A stretch of 64,000 nt of DNA. Source: Clostridiales bacterium (lineage in GTDB: Bacteria; Bacillota; Clostridia; Christensenellales; Borkfalkiaceae). Shown here piece by piece: positions 24,636-34,589 of the stretch (position 1 is the stretch's first letter; every line of letters begins with the position of its first letter). Below the pieces are notes generated by a model. It ran no database searches. It was not told the DNA's origin and saw only the letters and a program-made list of their open reading frames with translations. Made by a program: the position numbers and the translations under genes. The stretch spans positions 6,997-70,996 of the forward strand of contig JAMPAF010000006.1 of the NCBI GenBank assembly GCA_023667345.1, in the 5' to 3' direction.

Positions 24636-25910
24636 ATGCAAAATTACAAAATCGACACACTGTGCGTGCAGGCGGGCTATAAGCCCAAGACGGGCGAGAG
24701 CAGAATACCACCTATAAGCCAGTCTACAACCTATTTTTACGGCGACACGCAGGCCATGGCGGACTGCTTCGACCTTAAAAGTTCGAGCTACTTCTACTCC
24801 CGCCTTGCCAACCCCACCGTTGCGGCGTTCGAGGGAAAAGTCGCCGCGTTAGAGGGCGGCGTTGCGGCGATAGGCTGTGCCTCGGGAATGTCGGCTACCA
24901 CCCTTGCAACCTTTACCGTTGCGGGCGCGGGCGACAACATCATAAGCTCGTCCGCGGTGTACGGCGGCACGTATAACCTTTTCGGCACCACTCTTCCCAA
25001 ACTCGGCATCGAGTGCCGTTTCGTAGACCCCGACGCGCCCGCCGAAGAAATTGAAAAACTTATCGACGACAAGACAAAGCTCGTCTTTGTCGAGACGGTC
25101 GCAAACCCCGCGATATCGGTTATCGACTTTGAAAAATTCGCCAAAATCTGCGAAAAACACGGCGTTCTTTTAATGGTTGACAACACGCTCGCCACCCCCG
25201 CGCTATGCCGCCCCAAGGAGTTCGGCGCGAACATTATCATTCACTCCTCGTCGAAATATCTCGACGGGCACGCGGCGGCTCTCGGCGGCGTAATAGTCGA
25301 TTTAGGCAATTTTAACTACAAGGGCAACCCCCGCTACGCAAGCTTTAACGTGCCCGACGAAAGCTACCACGGTTTGGTTTATTCCGACCTGCCCGCCGCG
25401 GTGTTTGCAACCAAGTGCCGCGCGCAGATGATACGCGATATGGGCGCGATAATGTCGCCGCAGAACGGCTTTTTATCCTACATAGGCTGCGACACGCTGG
25501 CACTCAGAATGGAGAGGCACTCCTCGAACGCCGCTAAGGTTGCCGAATACCTTGCAAACCACCCGAAGATAGAGTGGGTGCGCCACCCCTCGCTTGCCGA
25601 CAGCAAATACCACGCCTTGGCAATGAAGTATATGCCGAACGGTCAGGGCGGCATGCTCAGCTTCGGCATAAAGGGCGACGTTAAGGTGTGCGCGAAATTT
25701 ATGGAGAGCTTACAGCTCATCACGCAGGAAACGCACGTTGCGGACGTGAGAAGCTGCGTTCTGCACCCCGCTTCCACCACGCACAGACAGCTTTCGAAAG
25801 AGGACTTGGTCAAGGCGGGCGTACCCGAAAATCTTATCCGCCTTTCGGTGGGTATCGAAAGCCCCGACGACATAATAGCCGACATCGAACAGGCGTTGGA
25901 GAAAGTTTAA
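24636..25910 (+). CDS. metY: O-acetylhomoserine sulfhydrylase (PLP-dependent)
   Basis: Cys/Met-metabolism PLP family: YSRLANPT, and HSSSKYLDGH (PLP lysine). AAAGGAG SD. Confidence 0.9.
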   Translation: MQNYKIDTLCVQAGYKPKTGESRIPPISQSTTYFYGDTQAMADCFDLKSSSYFYSRLANPTVAAFEGKVAALEGGVAAIGCASGMSATTLATFTVAGAGDNIISSSAVYGGTYNLFGTTLPKLGIECRFVDPDAPAEEIEKLIDDKTKLVFVETVANPAISVIDFEKFAKICEKHGVLLMVDNTLATPALCRPKEFGANIIIHSSSKYLDGHAAALGGVIVDLGNFNYKGNPRYASFNVPDESYHGLVYSDLPAAVFATKCRAQMIRDMGAIMSPQNGFLSYIGCDTLALRMERHSSNAAKVAEYLANHPKIEWVRHPSLADSKYHALAMKYMPNGQGGMLSFGIKGDVKVCAKFMESLQLITQETHVADVRSCVLHPASTTHRQLSKEDLVKAGVPENLIRLSVGIESPDDIIADIEQALEKV

Positions 25911-25913
25911 GGC

Positions 25914-25941
25914 AATTCGGAATGCGGAATGCGGAATTAAG
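25914..25941 (+). repeat. H array, 4 units (AATTCGG AATGCGG AATGCGG AATTAAG)
   Basis: Starts 3 nt after the metY stop and is followed by a terminator hairpin. Confidence 0.8.
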
Positions 25942-25952
25942 GTAAAAAGAGT

Positions 25953-25984
25953 GCCGCGCGGCAAAGTTGCCGCGCGGCTTTTAA
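25953..25984. terminator. bidirectional terminator between the convergent metY and metA
   Basis: GCCGCGCGGCAA-ag-TTGCCGCGCGGC, with TTTT downstream and AAAAA upstream. Confidence 0.8.
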
Positions 25985-26022
25985 TATTCACCGAAATTGC
26001 GCATAGCTAATTGCTAATTATT

Positions 26023-26931
26023 TTACAGCTTATACGGCGTAACCTGATATACGTAGTAGTTAAGCCAGTTTATGTAGAAAAGGTTCGAGGTGGACGACCA
26101 GTTCATTTTAACCTTTGTGCACTCCATGTCGGCAAAGTAGTTTTCGGGCGGCTTTATGGGCAAGCCCTTCGCCTTGTCGCGCTCGTACTCCCTTTTAAGA
26201 GTGTCGCGGTCGTACTCCATATGCCCCGTGACGAACACCTGACGGTTGTCAATACTCTTTATAATGCTCGCGCCCGCCTTTTTGGAATACGCCAAAATTT
26301 TCAGCTCTTTAACGTGCCTTATGTCGTCGGCGTAAATTACGGTGTGGCGGGAATGGGGCATGTGGAACTCGTCCGATATGCCGCGCATAAGCGGTTCGGG
26401 CGCGCCGTCCAACACGCGTTGGTGGGCGAATATGCCGAAGCATTTCTCCTTTAACGGGTGTTTTTTTATGCCGTAAAAGTAGTGCAGAGCCGCCTGCGCA
26501 CCCCAGCAGATAAACAGCGTGCACGTGACGTTTGTTTTCGTCCAGTTTAAAATGTCTTTCAGCTCCTGCCAGTACGCGACGTCCTCGAATTCGAGGTTTT
26601 CCACGGGCGCGCCGGTTATAATCATGCCGTCGAATTTTTTGCCCTTTATCTCGTCGAAATTTTTATAAAAGCGCGAAAGGTACTCCGCCTCTACGTGGGT
26701 GGGGTTGTACGTTTCGGTGCGCACCAAAGTAATGTTGACCTGCAAAGGCGAGTTGGATAAAAGGCGCATAAACTGCGTTTCCGTCGTCTCCTTTGTGGGC
26801 ATTAAATTGAGTATGGCAATCTCGATGGGGCGGATATCCTGCACGCCCGCGCGGTCCGTATCCATAACGAATATTTTTTCGCCCGTTAAAATTTTGTAGG
26901 CGGGTATGTCTTTATCAATTACTATCGGCAT
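26023..26931 (-). CDS. metA: homoserine O-acyltransferase MetA
   Basis: MPIVIDKDIPAYKIL...ILNLMPTKETTETQFMRLL...FICWGAQAAL is the MetA (HTS/HTA) signature. Confidence 0.9.
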   Translation of the reverse strand: MPIVIDKDIPAYKILTGEKIFVMDTDRAGVQDIRPIEIAILNLMPTKETTETQFMRLLSNSPLQVNITLVRTETYNPTHVEAEYLSRFYKNFDEIKGKKFDGMIITGAPVENLEFEDVAYWQELKDILNWTKTNVTCTLFICWGAQAALHYFYGIKKHPLKEKCFGIFAHQRVLDGAPEPLMRGISDEFHMPHSRHTVIYADDIRHVKELKILAYSKKAGASIIKSIDNRQVFVTGHMEYDRDTLKREYERDKAKGLPIKPPENYFADMECTKVKMNWSSTSNLFYINWLNYYVYQVTPYKL

Positions 26932-26979
26932 ATATTGTTCTCTTTGGGAAAAATTTTGTGATGTTTGTGGAATTTTTAA

Positions 26980-27178
26980 ATAAATTATTTCTTCAGCTTA
27001 ACCTTCCCCTTAGGGGGAAGGTGGCATTTTCGAAGAATGAGAAAATGTCGAATGAGGGGTTGGTTGGTTTGAACGCACTAACCCCTCATCCGTCGCCGCA
27101 TTAAGTGCGGCGACACCTTCCCCCTAAGGGGAAGGTCACAGTGCGGTTTTCATTCTTAATTCTTAATTCTTAATTTTC
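26980..27178 (+). repeat. type I P core (27001-27136) with flank AAATAAATTATTT and inverted H array (27151-27178)
   Basis: Same five-hairpin plan as 24384-24514 but with different P2 and P4 stems. The array covers the sdaA stop codon. Confidence 0.9.
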
Positions 27179-28363
27179 CTTGTACAGCTTCGCTAAGCCG
27201 CCCTCGCCCGTTTCGCGGTAACGCCCAGACAGGTCGCGCCCCGTTTCGTACATGGTTGTGATAATCGTATCGAGCGAAACTTTGCGCGTATACGTCAAAA
27301 AATTTGCAATATTCACGGCGTTTATGGCGCGCATTGCCGCAACCGCGTTACGCTCTATGCACGGAATTTGTACCAAACCGTTCACGGGGTCGCACGTAAG
27401 CCCCAAATGGTGTTCCATGGCAACCTCCGCCGCGTACTCAATCTGCTCGATATCCATATCGTAGAGCTCCGCCAAGCCCGCCGCCGCCATCGAGCACGCC
27501 GAGCCTATTTCCGCCTGACAGCCGCACTCCGCGCCCGAAATCGACGCGTTAGTCTTTATTAAATTCCCCACGATGCCCGCCGCCGCCAAAGCGCGCACAA
27601 TCTTTTCGTCGGAAAATTTGCGCTGCTTTTTCATATAGTACATGACGGCGGGAACGACCCCGCAACTGCCGCACGTGGGCGCGGTTACCACCCTGCCGCC
27701 CGCCGCGTTCTGCTCGCTCGCCGCAAACGCGTACGCGCAGATTATGCGGTTTTCGGCAATTTCGTCCGTTTCGCCTATGTGCTTGCTCTGCCAAAGATAC
27801 TTCGCCTTGCGCAGAACGTGTAAGCCGCCGGGGAGCTCGCCCTCGGCGTTCAGCCCCTCTTTTATAGTCGAGCGCATCTGCGCCCACGCCTCGGTCAGAT
27901 ACTCCTGCACGTCTGGTTCCGCGGCGAACACGTAGTCGGGAAGGCGCATTTCGTTTTCGGATAAGTACTTTTTAATTTCCCCGAAGGTGTTCAACGCGTA
28001 GACTTCGGGCGTTTCGGCAACCTTTTCGCCGACGAAAACTATTCTGCCGCCGCCCACAGATAAAACGGTGTGGGTTTTAACCTCTTTTCCGCCCTCCAAA
28101 ACGCTTATAAGCATAGTGTTGGGGTGGGGCAAATCTTCGCGGTTACAGTCGAAAATTATTTCGGCGTCGTCGCCCAAAACGCGCTTTAAAACAGCGTCGG
28201 TGCCGTGCCCCTTGCCAGTGAGCGCGAGCGAGCCGCACAGCGTAATTTTAAATTTCGCCTGCGGGTGCAGTTCCCTCAATTTTATAGCCGCCGCCTCCGG
28301 CCCCATACTGTGCGAGCTCGAAGGACCGGCGCCCATTCTGTATAACTCTTTTAAAGATTTCAT
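27170..28363 (-). CDS. sdaA: L-serine ammonia-lyase (Fe-S type, single chain)
   Basis: GAGPSSSHSMGP at the N-terminus and CGCQAEIGSACSMAA cluster motif. Confidence 0.9.
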   Translation of the reverse strand: MKSLKELYRMGAGPSSSHSMGPEAAAIKLRELHPQAKFKITLCGSLALTGKGHGTDAVLKRVLGDDAEIIFDCNREDLPHPNTMLISVLEGGKEVKTHTVLSVGGGRIVFVGEKVAETPEVYALNTFGEIKKYLSENEMRLPDYVFAAEPDVQEYLTEAWAQMRSTIKEGLNAEGELPGGLHVLRKAKYLWQSKHIGETDEIAENRIICAYAFAASEQNAAGGRVVTAPTCGSCGVVPAVMYYMKKQRKFSDEKIVRALAAAGIVGNLIKTNASISGAECGCQAEIGSACSMAAAGLAELYDMDIEQIEYAAEVAMEHHLGLTCDPVNGLVQIPCIERNAVAAMRAINAVNIANFLTYTRKVSLDTIITTMYETGRDLSGRYRETGEGGLAKLYKEN

Positions 28364-28369
28364 ATTCCC

Positions 28370-29698
28370 TTAATAAACTTCTTCGAATGTAGCAAAAGTC
28401 AAATTCTGCGTGACCTCTTCCTTGCCGCGCAGCACGGTGATTGCCACCGTATCGCCCGACCTTACCGAGAGCATCGCATCGTGAAAATTGTGTTCGCGGT
28501 TGATATCCAAATCCTCGATAACCCGCTGTCCGCGCGTAATTTTTATATGCCTTAAAATATCGCCGCTTTCAAGCTTGCCCGAAGCCGCTGAGCCGTAGTT
28601 CACGCCCGTTATCTGCACCTGCTCGTAAATTTCGGCAAAGCCGCTGGTATTGAGCCCCGTCGAGTACATATCGGCGACGGTTACCGTAATGCCGTGCTTA
28701 ACCCGCCTTAAACAGTGCACCTCGCCTCCCGCGGACGCGTAGGTATCCAAAAGGTTTTGCACCGCGCGTTTGGTGGAAGCCGCCGTTAAGGCGTAGCCCA
28801 TACCGCTTACGTCCGACTTGCCCTTGGCATTTACCAGCCCCGAAAGCTCGCCGCCTAAATTGTAGAGCCCGCCGCCCGAGTTGCCCGAATTTATCGCCGC
28901 CGAGGTGCGCAAGACGCTGTAATTGTATACCTCCGACTTTGCAGTCGTGCCGAGGTCCACCTGAATGAGTTCCAAATCTTTTGAGATATAGCCGACGTTT
29001 GCGCTTAGCTTTTGGCTGTTGGCGTTGCCGATTGCGTACACCGTTTCGCCGAGGTACGCCTCTTCCGCCGCCGACCACTCCGCCGCGCGCGCCTGCGATT
29101 TTTTTACGAGGTCGCTGCCCGTGACCTTTAAAACCGCAACGTCGTACGTCTTACTTGCCGCAACGAGCTTTGCGGAGATTGCGTTGTTTTTATAGGTCTG
29201 CTCGTAGTCGCTCTCCGAGCCGTATAGCCACACATGGATATTGTCCGAATAGCCGTCGTCGGTGGAATACCGCCGCGATTTAGCCGAATACACGACGTGG
29301 CAGTTGGTAACCACCGTCATATTGCCGCTTGTCTTGTCGATATCTATAATTACGCCCGAGCCGCTGTACGCCGCGGTGACGCCATTTTCCGTAAACTGCG
29401 TCTGAATAGAGACGGACGATAACAGCGAGCGGTTTATAGAGGTCTGCAACGTGACGGCGTTTTCTATCTCGTCGGGGTTGTAGGAAAGGTAATCGCGCAG
29501 AAACTCGGTAAAGGTCATATCCGGATTGCCGCTTTCGACCTTAGCCGCCTCGTAAATGTCGTAAATATTCAAATCCTTGCCGTCTACGCCGTCGCGCGCG
29601 GCTGTTTTGTTACAGCCGCCGAAAACCGCCGCGCCCCCCAACGTGAGCGCCGCGATTAAAGTGGCTATTAACTTTTTGATTTTAGTGTGATTTTTCAT
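28370..29698 (-). CDS. HtrA-like S1 serine protease lipoprotein with PDZ domain
   Basis: Lipobox AVFGGC, catalytic TNCHVV and GNSGGGL, and a C-terminal PDZ-like segment. Start trimmed to ATG 29698. Confidence 0.85.
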   Translation of the reverse strand: MKNHTKIKKLIATLIAALTLGGAAVFGGCNKTAARDGVDGKDLNIYDIYEAAKVESGNPDMTFTEFLRDYLSYNPDEIENAVTLQTSINRSLLSSVSIQTQFTENGVTAAYSGSGVIIDIDKTSGNMTVVTNCHVVYSAKSRRYSTDDGYSDNIHVWLYGSESDYEQTYKNNAISAKLVAASKTYDVAVLKVTGSDLVKKSQARAAEWSAAEEAYLGETVYAIGNANSQKLSANVGYISKDLELIQVDLGTTAKSEVYNYSVLRTSAAINSGNSGGGLYNLGGELSGLVNAKGKSDVSGMGYALTAASTKRAVQNLLDTYASAGGEVHCLRRVKHGITVTVADMYSTGLNTSGFAEIYEQVQITGVNYGSAASGKLESGDILRHIKITRGQRVIEDLDINREHNFHDAMLSVRSGDTVAITVLRGKEEVTQNLTFATFEEVY

Positions 29699-29750
29699 AA
29701 TGTTTTTATATATCCCTTGCAAAGCAATAAGGGAAAATCAAAGAAAAATT

Positions 29751-29984
29751 GTCATTCTGTCCCGCCGTAAGGCGGCACGAAGTAGCGGAAAGCGGTTACG
29801 TCATTCTGAGCGGAAAGCGGTACTGAAAAGTAAGTTGAAACAGTAAAGCTTTCCCGCTTGCAGTCGAAGAATCTTTTTGCGCGCCATTTCTCGCGCAAAA
29901 CACTTTTTCCTTTGATACGACGTTATTTAAGGTAAAAAAGTATCGGAAAAGATTTCTCCACTCACTACGTTCGGTCGAAATGAC
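29751..29984 (+). repeat. T composite (two GTCATTCTG modules, long internal stems, CGAAATGAC end)
   Basis: GTCATTCTGTCCCGCCGTAAGGCGGCACGAAGTAGCGGAAAGCGGTTACGTCATTCTGAGCGGAAAGCGG...TTTTGCGCGCCATTTCTCGCGCAAAA...GGTCGAAATGAC. Collinear with 3943-4118 and inverted relative to 62355-62643. Confidence 0.85.
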
Positions 29985-30039
29985 GCGCGTTGCGCGGATA
30001 CACCAATCTCCCACATTAACTGCACAATGCGCATTTAAT

Positions 30040-31257
30040 TTAAATCTCAATTCCGTTCTTTTTAAGCAAAGCGCGGGCGGTGTCGACGCTGTCAGTACCA
30101 AACATGTTTTTGACGGGCGCAAACTCCTTTTCCCTTTCCACCTCGACCCCGATACAGCTTCCCATAAGCTTTACGATGTCCACGGCGAGCGTCTCCATCT
30201 TGTAGGCGTTGGGCTCTTCGGGAACAAACTCTTTGCCGTCCTTTATGCAGTTTATCTTCTTTATAGCGCGGTGATAGGGCAGTTTTCCGCTCACGCCGTT
30301 GAGCTTTTTTACGTTGAAAATGTAGTTGAGCGTTACGCCGAAGCGGTATAAAAGTTCGCCGTCCGCGTCCCTTTCGGTTTTATTTTCTTCCGGCATTTCA
30401 AAATATTCCACCACCGTGGGCAAGCCGTTTTCCTTGCATAAAACGCCCACCTTTTCCTCGGGGCAGGTCTTTTTTACCACCTTGCTCGAACAGTCCGCGC
30501 CGCTTAAAAGGGTTGCGCCGATAAACAGCGGGTCGCATATCTTCTGCAACACGTTATCCACGCCGAACACATTCAGCCACTCTATGCCCTCTTGCTCTAA
30601 AATTTTGCCGCACTCCGCCTCTTTGAGCGAGGTGTACCAACCGCCGTTGCCGTTGGGCGCGAGCGCGGGCTTATGCTTTTTTTCGAGCAAAATCTTACCC
30701 TCGAACGAGAACGCGGGCGCAGTTTTCTGCAAGTAAAAGTGTACCTTGCCGCTATCGTACCCGAAATAGCCGTTCTCCTTAAAAAACGCCCTCGTGTCCT
30801 TATCGTTAATATCGCTCGTCATTATAAACAGGTGAGGAAAGACCCCAGCCATTTTAACGACGCGCATAAGCCCGTTCATTAAACATTCGAATATCGAAAG
30901 ACGTCTTGTGACGCCGATATTAAAGGTGCCCTTGGGCGCGTTCAGCCCCAGCCGCGTGCCCTGACCGCCCGCAAGCAGTACGGCGGCGACTTTGCCTTCC
31001 TTCAAGGCTTTCAGCCCCGCTTCCCCGAACTCCGCCCTTTTAGCCGCGACCTCGCCTAAGGTGAGCGCGTCGGCGGGCGAAAGCCTGCCCACCTCTCTTT
31101 CGGTATTAAAATCGAACCCCGCAAAAGCCGCGAAATCTATCCCCTCTATCGAGGATAATAGCTCCCGCCGCTCGCTTTCCGTAAGTTCGTCATAATAGTC
31201 CAGAAGCTGTAACTGTCCGTATTCTTCAAGCAGCGCTTTCGCCGCGTCTAAGGTCAT
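30040..31257 (-). CDS. UDPGP-family UDP-sugar (UDP-N-acetylhexosamine) pyrophosphorylase
   Basis: LLAGGQGTRLGLNAPKG motif of the eukaryotic-type UDPGP/UAP family. Start at ATG 31257 with a GGGGGA SD. Confidence 0.8.
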   Translation of the reverse strand: MTLDAAKALLEEYGQLQLLDYYDELTESERRELLSSIEGIDFAAFAGFDFNTEREVGRLSPADALTLGEVAAKRAEFGEAGLKALKEGKVAAVLLAGGQGTRLGLNAPKGTFNIGVTRRLSIFECLMNGLMRVVKMAGVFPHLFIMTSDINDKDTRAFFKENGYFGYDSGKVHFYLQKTAPAFSFEGKILLEKKHKPALAPNGNGGWYTSLKEAECGKILEQEGIEWLNVFGVDNVLQKICDPLFIGATLLSGADCSSKVVKKTCPEEKVGVLCKENGLPTVVEYFEMPEENKTERDADGELLYRFGVTLNYIFNVKKLNGVSGKLPYHRAIKKINCIKDGKEFVPEEPNAYKMETLAVDIVKLMGSCIGVEVEREKEFAPVKNMFGTDSVDTARALLKKNGIEI

Positions 31258-31348
31258 ATCCGTTCCCCCGAGACGGCATAATACCGCCATCTTCTATCAT
31301 TATATAATATTAGTGAATGTATGTCAAACCCATTTTTTGCCTGCGATA

Positions 31349-31377
31349 TTGACATTTAGCGCAAAAAGTTTTATAAT
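31349..31377 (+). promoter_or_regulatory. promoter TTGACA-17-TATAAT for the NUDIX-lemA-DUF2207 genes
   Basis: Perfect consensus. Confidence 0.6.
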
Positions 31378-31402
31378 TTAATGTGAGACAGGAGGAAAAT
31401 TT

Positions 31403-31894
31403 ATGTATTGTCCCGTATGCGGGGAAAAACTTGCCCTCTATGTACACGACCAGGAGGGGTTGGTGCCCTTTTGCAAGCACTGCGAGAAGTTCCGCTTTCC
31501 GCAGTTCGCCACTGCCGTCTCAATGGTCGCCGTGAACAGAGACAAGAATAAGATACTGCTTGCAAAGCACAAGGGGCAGGACGACTTTATTTTATTCGCT
31601 GGCTACGTTAAAAAGGGCGAAACCGCCGAAAAGACGGTAACGCGCGAATTCCGCGAGGAGACGCGCCTTAACGTGGTAAAATACAAGTATATGTCCAGCC
31701 GCTATCACGAGCCGCACAACGTTTTAATGCTCAACTTTCTGATAGTCGCCGAAAACGGCGAGATTGCGCTCGACACGAGCGAGCTTGACGACGCGGTGTG
31801 GTTCGACTTCGACGGGGCGTTGAAAGCCGTGAGAAAGGACTCGGACGCGGAGGCGTTTTTGAAGAATGCCATCGCGGAATTAAAAAAACAATAA
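31403..31894 (+). CDS. NUDIX hydrolase with N-terminal zinc ribbon (NudC-like)
   Basis: CPVCG...CKHC ribbon and Nudix box GYVKKGETAEKTVTREFREETRL. AGGAGG SD. Confidence 0.85.
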   Translation: MYCPVCGEKLALYVHDQEGLVPFCKHCEKFRFPQFATAVSMVAVNRDKNKILLAKHKGQDDFILFAGYVKKGETAEKTVTREFREETRLNVVKYKYMSSRYHEPHNVLMLNFLIVAENGEIALDTSELDDAVWFDFDGALKAVRKDSDAEAFLKNAIAELKKQ

Positions 31895-31912
31895 AGGATA
31901 AAGGTGAACAAT

Positions 31913-32509
31913 ATGAATTTACTTGCTACATTAAGTAAGGGCGCAATCGCCGGCATTGCAATCGCCGCGGTTTTTGCGCTGCTTGTGATTATTCTCGTGT
32001 GCTGGGGCGTAGGCGCGAGGAACAACTTCGTAAGAATGAAAAACAGTTGCGAAGAGGCATTTTCGACAATCGACATTTACCTTAAAAAGAGGTACGATTT
32101 AATCCCCAATTTAGTTGAGACGGTTAAAGGCTACGCAAAGCACGAAAGCGAGACTCTCGAAAGGGTAGTCGCCGCGAGAAACCGCGCCGCTTCCGCCTCC
32201 ACCACCGCCGAAAAGATTGAGGCTGACGCCAACGTTTCGAACGCGATTAAGAGCATTAATATGGTAGCCGAAAAGTACCCCGAACTGAAAGCCGACAGAA
32301 ACTTTACGGAACTTATGAACCAGCTTAAAGCCATCGAAACCCAACTCGCCGACCAAAGGCGTTACTACAACGGCACGGTTAAAAAGTTCAATACCGAAAA
32401 GGACATCTTCCCCAAGTCGGTTATCGCAAGCATGATGCACCTTAAAGAGATGTCTTATTTCCAGCTTGACAGCGCCGAGGAAAGACAGAACGTAAAAGTA
32501 CAGTTTTAA
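31913..32509 (+). CDS. lemA: LemA family protein
   Basis: N-terminal TM, then NNFVRMKNSCEEAFSTIDIYLKKRYDLIPNLVETVKGYAKHE, the LemA signature. Confidence 0.85.
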   Translation: MNLLATLSKGAIAGIAIAAVFALLVIILVCWGVGARNNFVRMKNSCEEAFSTIDIYLKKRYDLIPNLVETVKGYAKHESETLERVVAARNRAASASTTAEKIEADANVSNAIKSINMVAEKYPELKADRNFTELMNQLKAIETQLADQRRYYNGTVKKFNTEKDIFPKSVIASMMHLKEMSYFQLDSAEERQNVKVQF

Positions 32510-32561
32510 TTTAACTCAGGGCGGCTTTAATAAAGGCACGCCCTTTTGTTTTGGTGAGAAA

Positions 32562-34490
32562 ATGAAAAAAATCAAAAAACTTCCTTGTTTAATTTTTGCG
32601 CTTTTCATCGCGCTTGCTGTTTTTTTCATAGCCTTTCTGTGCGGCGGCGGGGAAAAGGTTTACGCCGCAAGCGACTACGACCCGTATTCCTTCGAATACA
32701 GCCGTTTTTACGCAACTTACGATATACGTGCCGACCGCACTATGGACGTGACCCTCGACCTCGGCGTGCACTACACCGGTTACAGCAGTACGGGTATTCT
32801 GTTCGATATACCCGTAAACTCGGGCGACAGAGTGCGCAATCTTAAAGCGTACGAATTAGACGGCGACGGCAAAGAGGTCTACCTTGCATACGACGTAAAA
32901 AGCGAGGAAACTAACCTTATCACCGTCGATATGGGCGACTACACAAACAAGTATAACCAAACGCACTACTACCGCATTAAATACGAATATGCGATAACAA
33001 AGCCCGCGAAAAACGAAAAAAACTGCATATTTCTCAATGCAATAGGCTTCGGTCATCAGGCAGTTATAAGCGACGCAAAGATAACCTTGAATCTTCCCGA
33101 CGGGTTTACGGGCGCGCAGTGCTGGTCGGGACCGAGAGGCACTTCAACGGGCTACGAAAAGACGGACGAAATAGTTATTGACGGCAACACCGTCACCTAC
33201 GAAATTCCCGTTCTGCACAAGCTCACCGGCGTTACCTTTCAGCTCGGGTTCGAGAACGGCATACTCTCAACCAAACCCGATATGACCCCATACTGGGTCA
33301 TAATCGCCGCGTGCGTTATCCTTGCAATTTTATTTGCAATGAAATTTTTGCTCTTCAATAGAGACGGGCTCACCCCTATCGTCAACGTGGAAGCCCCCGA
33401 CGGTATGGACCCGCTGGTTATGGGCAAGCTCATAGACAACAAGGTAGACAAATCGGACGTCACCTCGCTCATCTACTACTGGGCGAACAAGGGCTACATA
33501 AAAATAGGTATGCCCGACGGGAATTCCGACGACGATATAGAACTTATTCAAATTCGCACCAAATTGCCCGAGGGCTCGCCCAACTATCAGGTAAAAATGT
33601 ATGAAAAGCTCTTTCAGAAGGGGGCGCTCGTAAAGCTTTCGGAGCTGACGTACACCTTTTACCCGACGGTTGAAAGGGTTACCAAAGAGGTCAACGCCCA
33701 AAACAGCAAGCTGTACAGCGGCAAGAGTTTTGCGTTCGCCGTGCTGTTTGCGCTTATAGGCGGGCTCGTGATGGCGCTTACCCCCATCGTTTTAACGCTG
33801 ACTACGGTTTCCGCAAAGCTGTTTTTGATAGCGCCGCTCATAATGCTCGTGCCCGCGTTCATAATTTACGGGCTAACGCTGACCGTGCGCTACAACAGGC
33901 TCAAACTGAAAAAGAGCAAGCTTGCGCTCTTTTATGCGGGCATTGCGTTGCTTGCCGCGGTGTTCAGCGTAATTTACGTACTGATACTGCCCTCGTATTT
34001 CGTCGAAACGGTGCCGAAAATTATACTGTGCGTCGTGGGCTTTGCGATAGTTATGCTGTCGGCAACGCTTGTAAGCCGCACCGAAAGTTACGTGGAAAAA
34101 CTCAACCATATCGTAGGCTTCCGCGACTTTATTATGCTTACCGAAAAGGATAAGCTCGAAGCCATGCTCGAAGAAAACCCCGAGCTCTACTATCAGGTAT
34201 TGCCGTACGCCATCGTTTTGGGCGTTTCGGATATCTGGGAAAACAAGTTTGCCTCAATTACTATTGCGCCGCCGAGCTGGACGACGCAGAGGTACGCCGA
34301 CGGAGCGTTCGACTTTATTATTTTCAATTCGGCTATGCGGCGCGTGAATATGCGTATGACTACTGCGTTCATATCCCGCCCCGCGTCAAGTCCGTCGTCG
34401 GGCAGTTTTTCGGGCGGAGGCAGTCACGGCGGAAGCTTCGGCGGCTTCTCGGGCGGAGGTCACGGCGGCGGCGGTTCCCGCGGTCGCTAA
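32562..34490 (+). CDS. DUF2207-type membrane protein with Gly-rich tail
   Basis: Signal/TM, large extracytoplasmic domain, TM cluster, and C-terminal SGGGSHGGSFGGFSGGGHGGGG. Conserved pairing with lemA. Confidence 0.8.
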   Translation: MKKIKKLPCLIFALFIALAVFFIAFLCGGGEKVYAASDYDPYSFEYSRFYATYDIRADRTMDVTLDLGVHYTGYSSTGILFDIPVNSGDRVRNLKAYELDGDGKEVYLAYDVKSEETNLITVDMGDYTNKYNQTHYYRIKYEYAITKPAKNEKNCIFLNAIGFGHQAVISDAKITLNLPDGFTGAQCWSGPRGTSTGYEKTDEIVIDGNTVTYEIPVLHKLTGVTFQLGFENGILSTKPDMTPYWVIIAACVILAILFAMKFLLFNRDGLTPIVNVEAPDGMDPLVMGKLIDNKVDKSDVTSLIYYWANKGYIKIGMPDGNSDDDIELIQIRTKLPEGSPNYQVKMYEKLFQKGALVKLSELTYTFYPTVERVTKEVNAQNSKLYSGKSFAFAVLFALIGGLVMALTPIVLTLTTVSAKLFLIAPLIMLVPAFIIYGLTLTVRYNRLKLKKSKLALFYAGIALLAAVFSVIYVLILPSYFVETVPKIILCVVGFAIVMLSATLVSRTESYVEKLNHIVGFRDFIMLTEKDKLEAMLEENPELYYQVLPYAIVLGVSDIWENKFASITIAPPSWTTQRYADGAFDFIIFNSAMRRVNMRMTTAFISRPASSPSSGSFSGGGSHGGSFGGFSGGGHGGGGSRGR

Positions 34491-34589
34491 GCGTCGTGAC
34501 AGGGCGTCCCTGCACCCGAGCCCTTTAATTGTTTGCACGTAAAACAAACTTTATCACAGCAAAACAGTGCGCCCATGCACCCAAGCCCT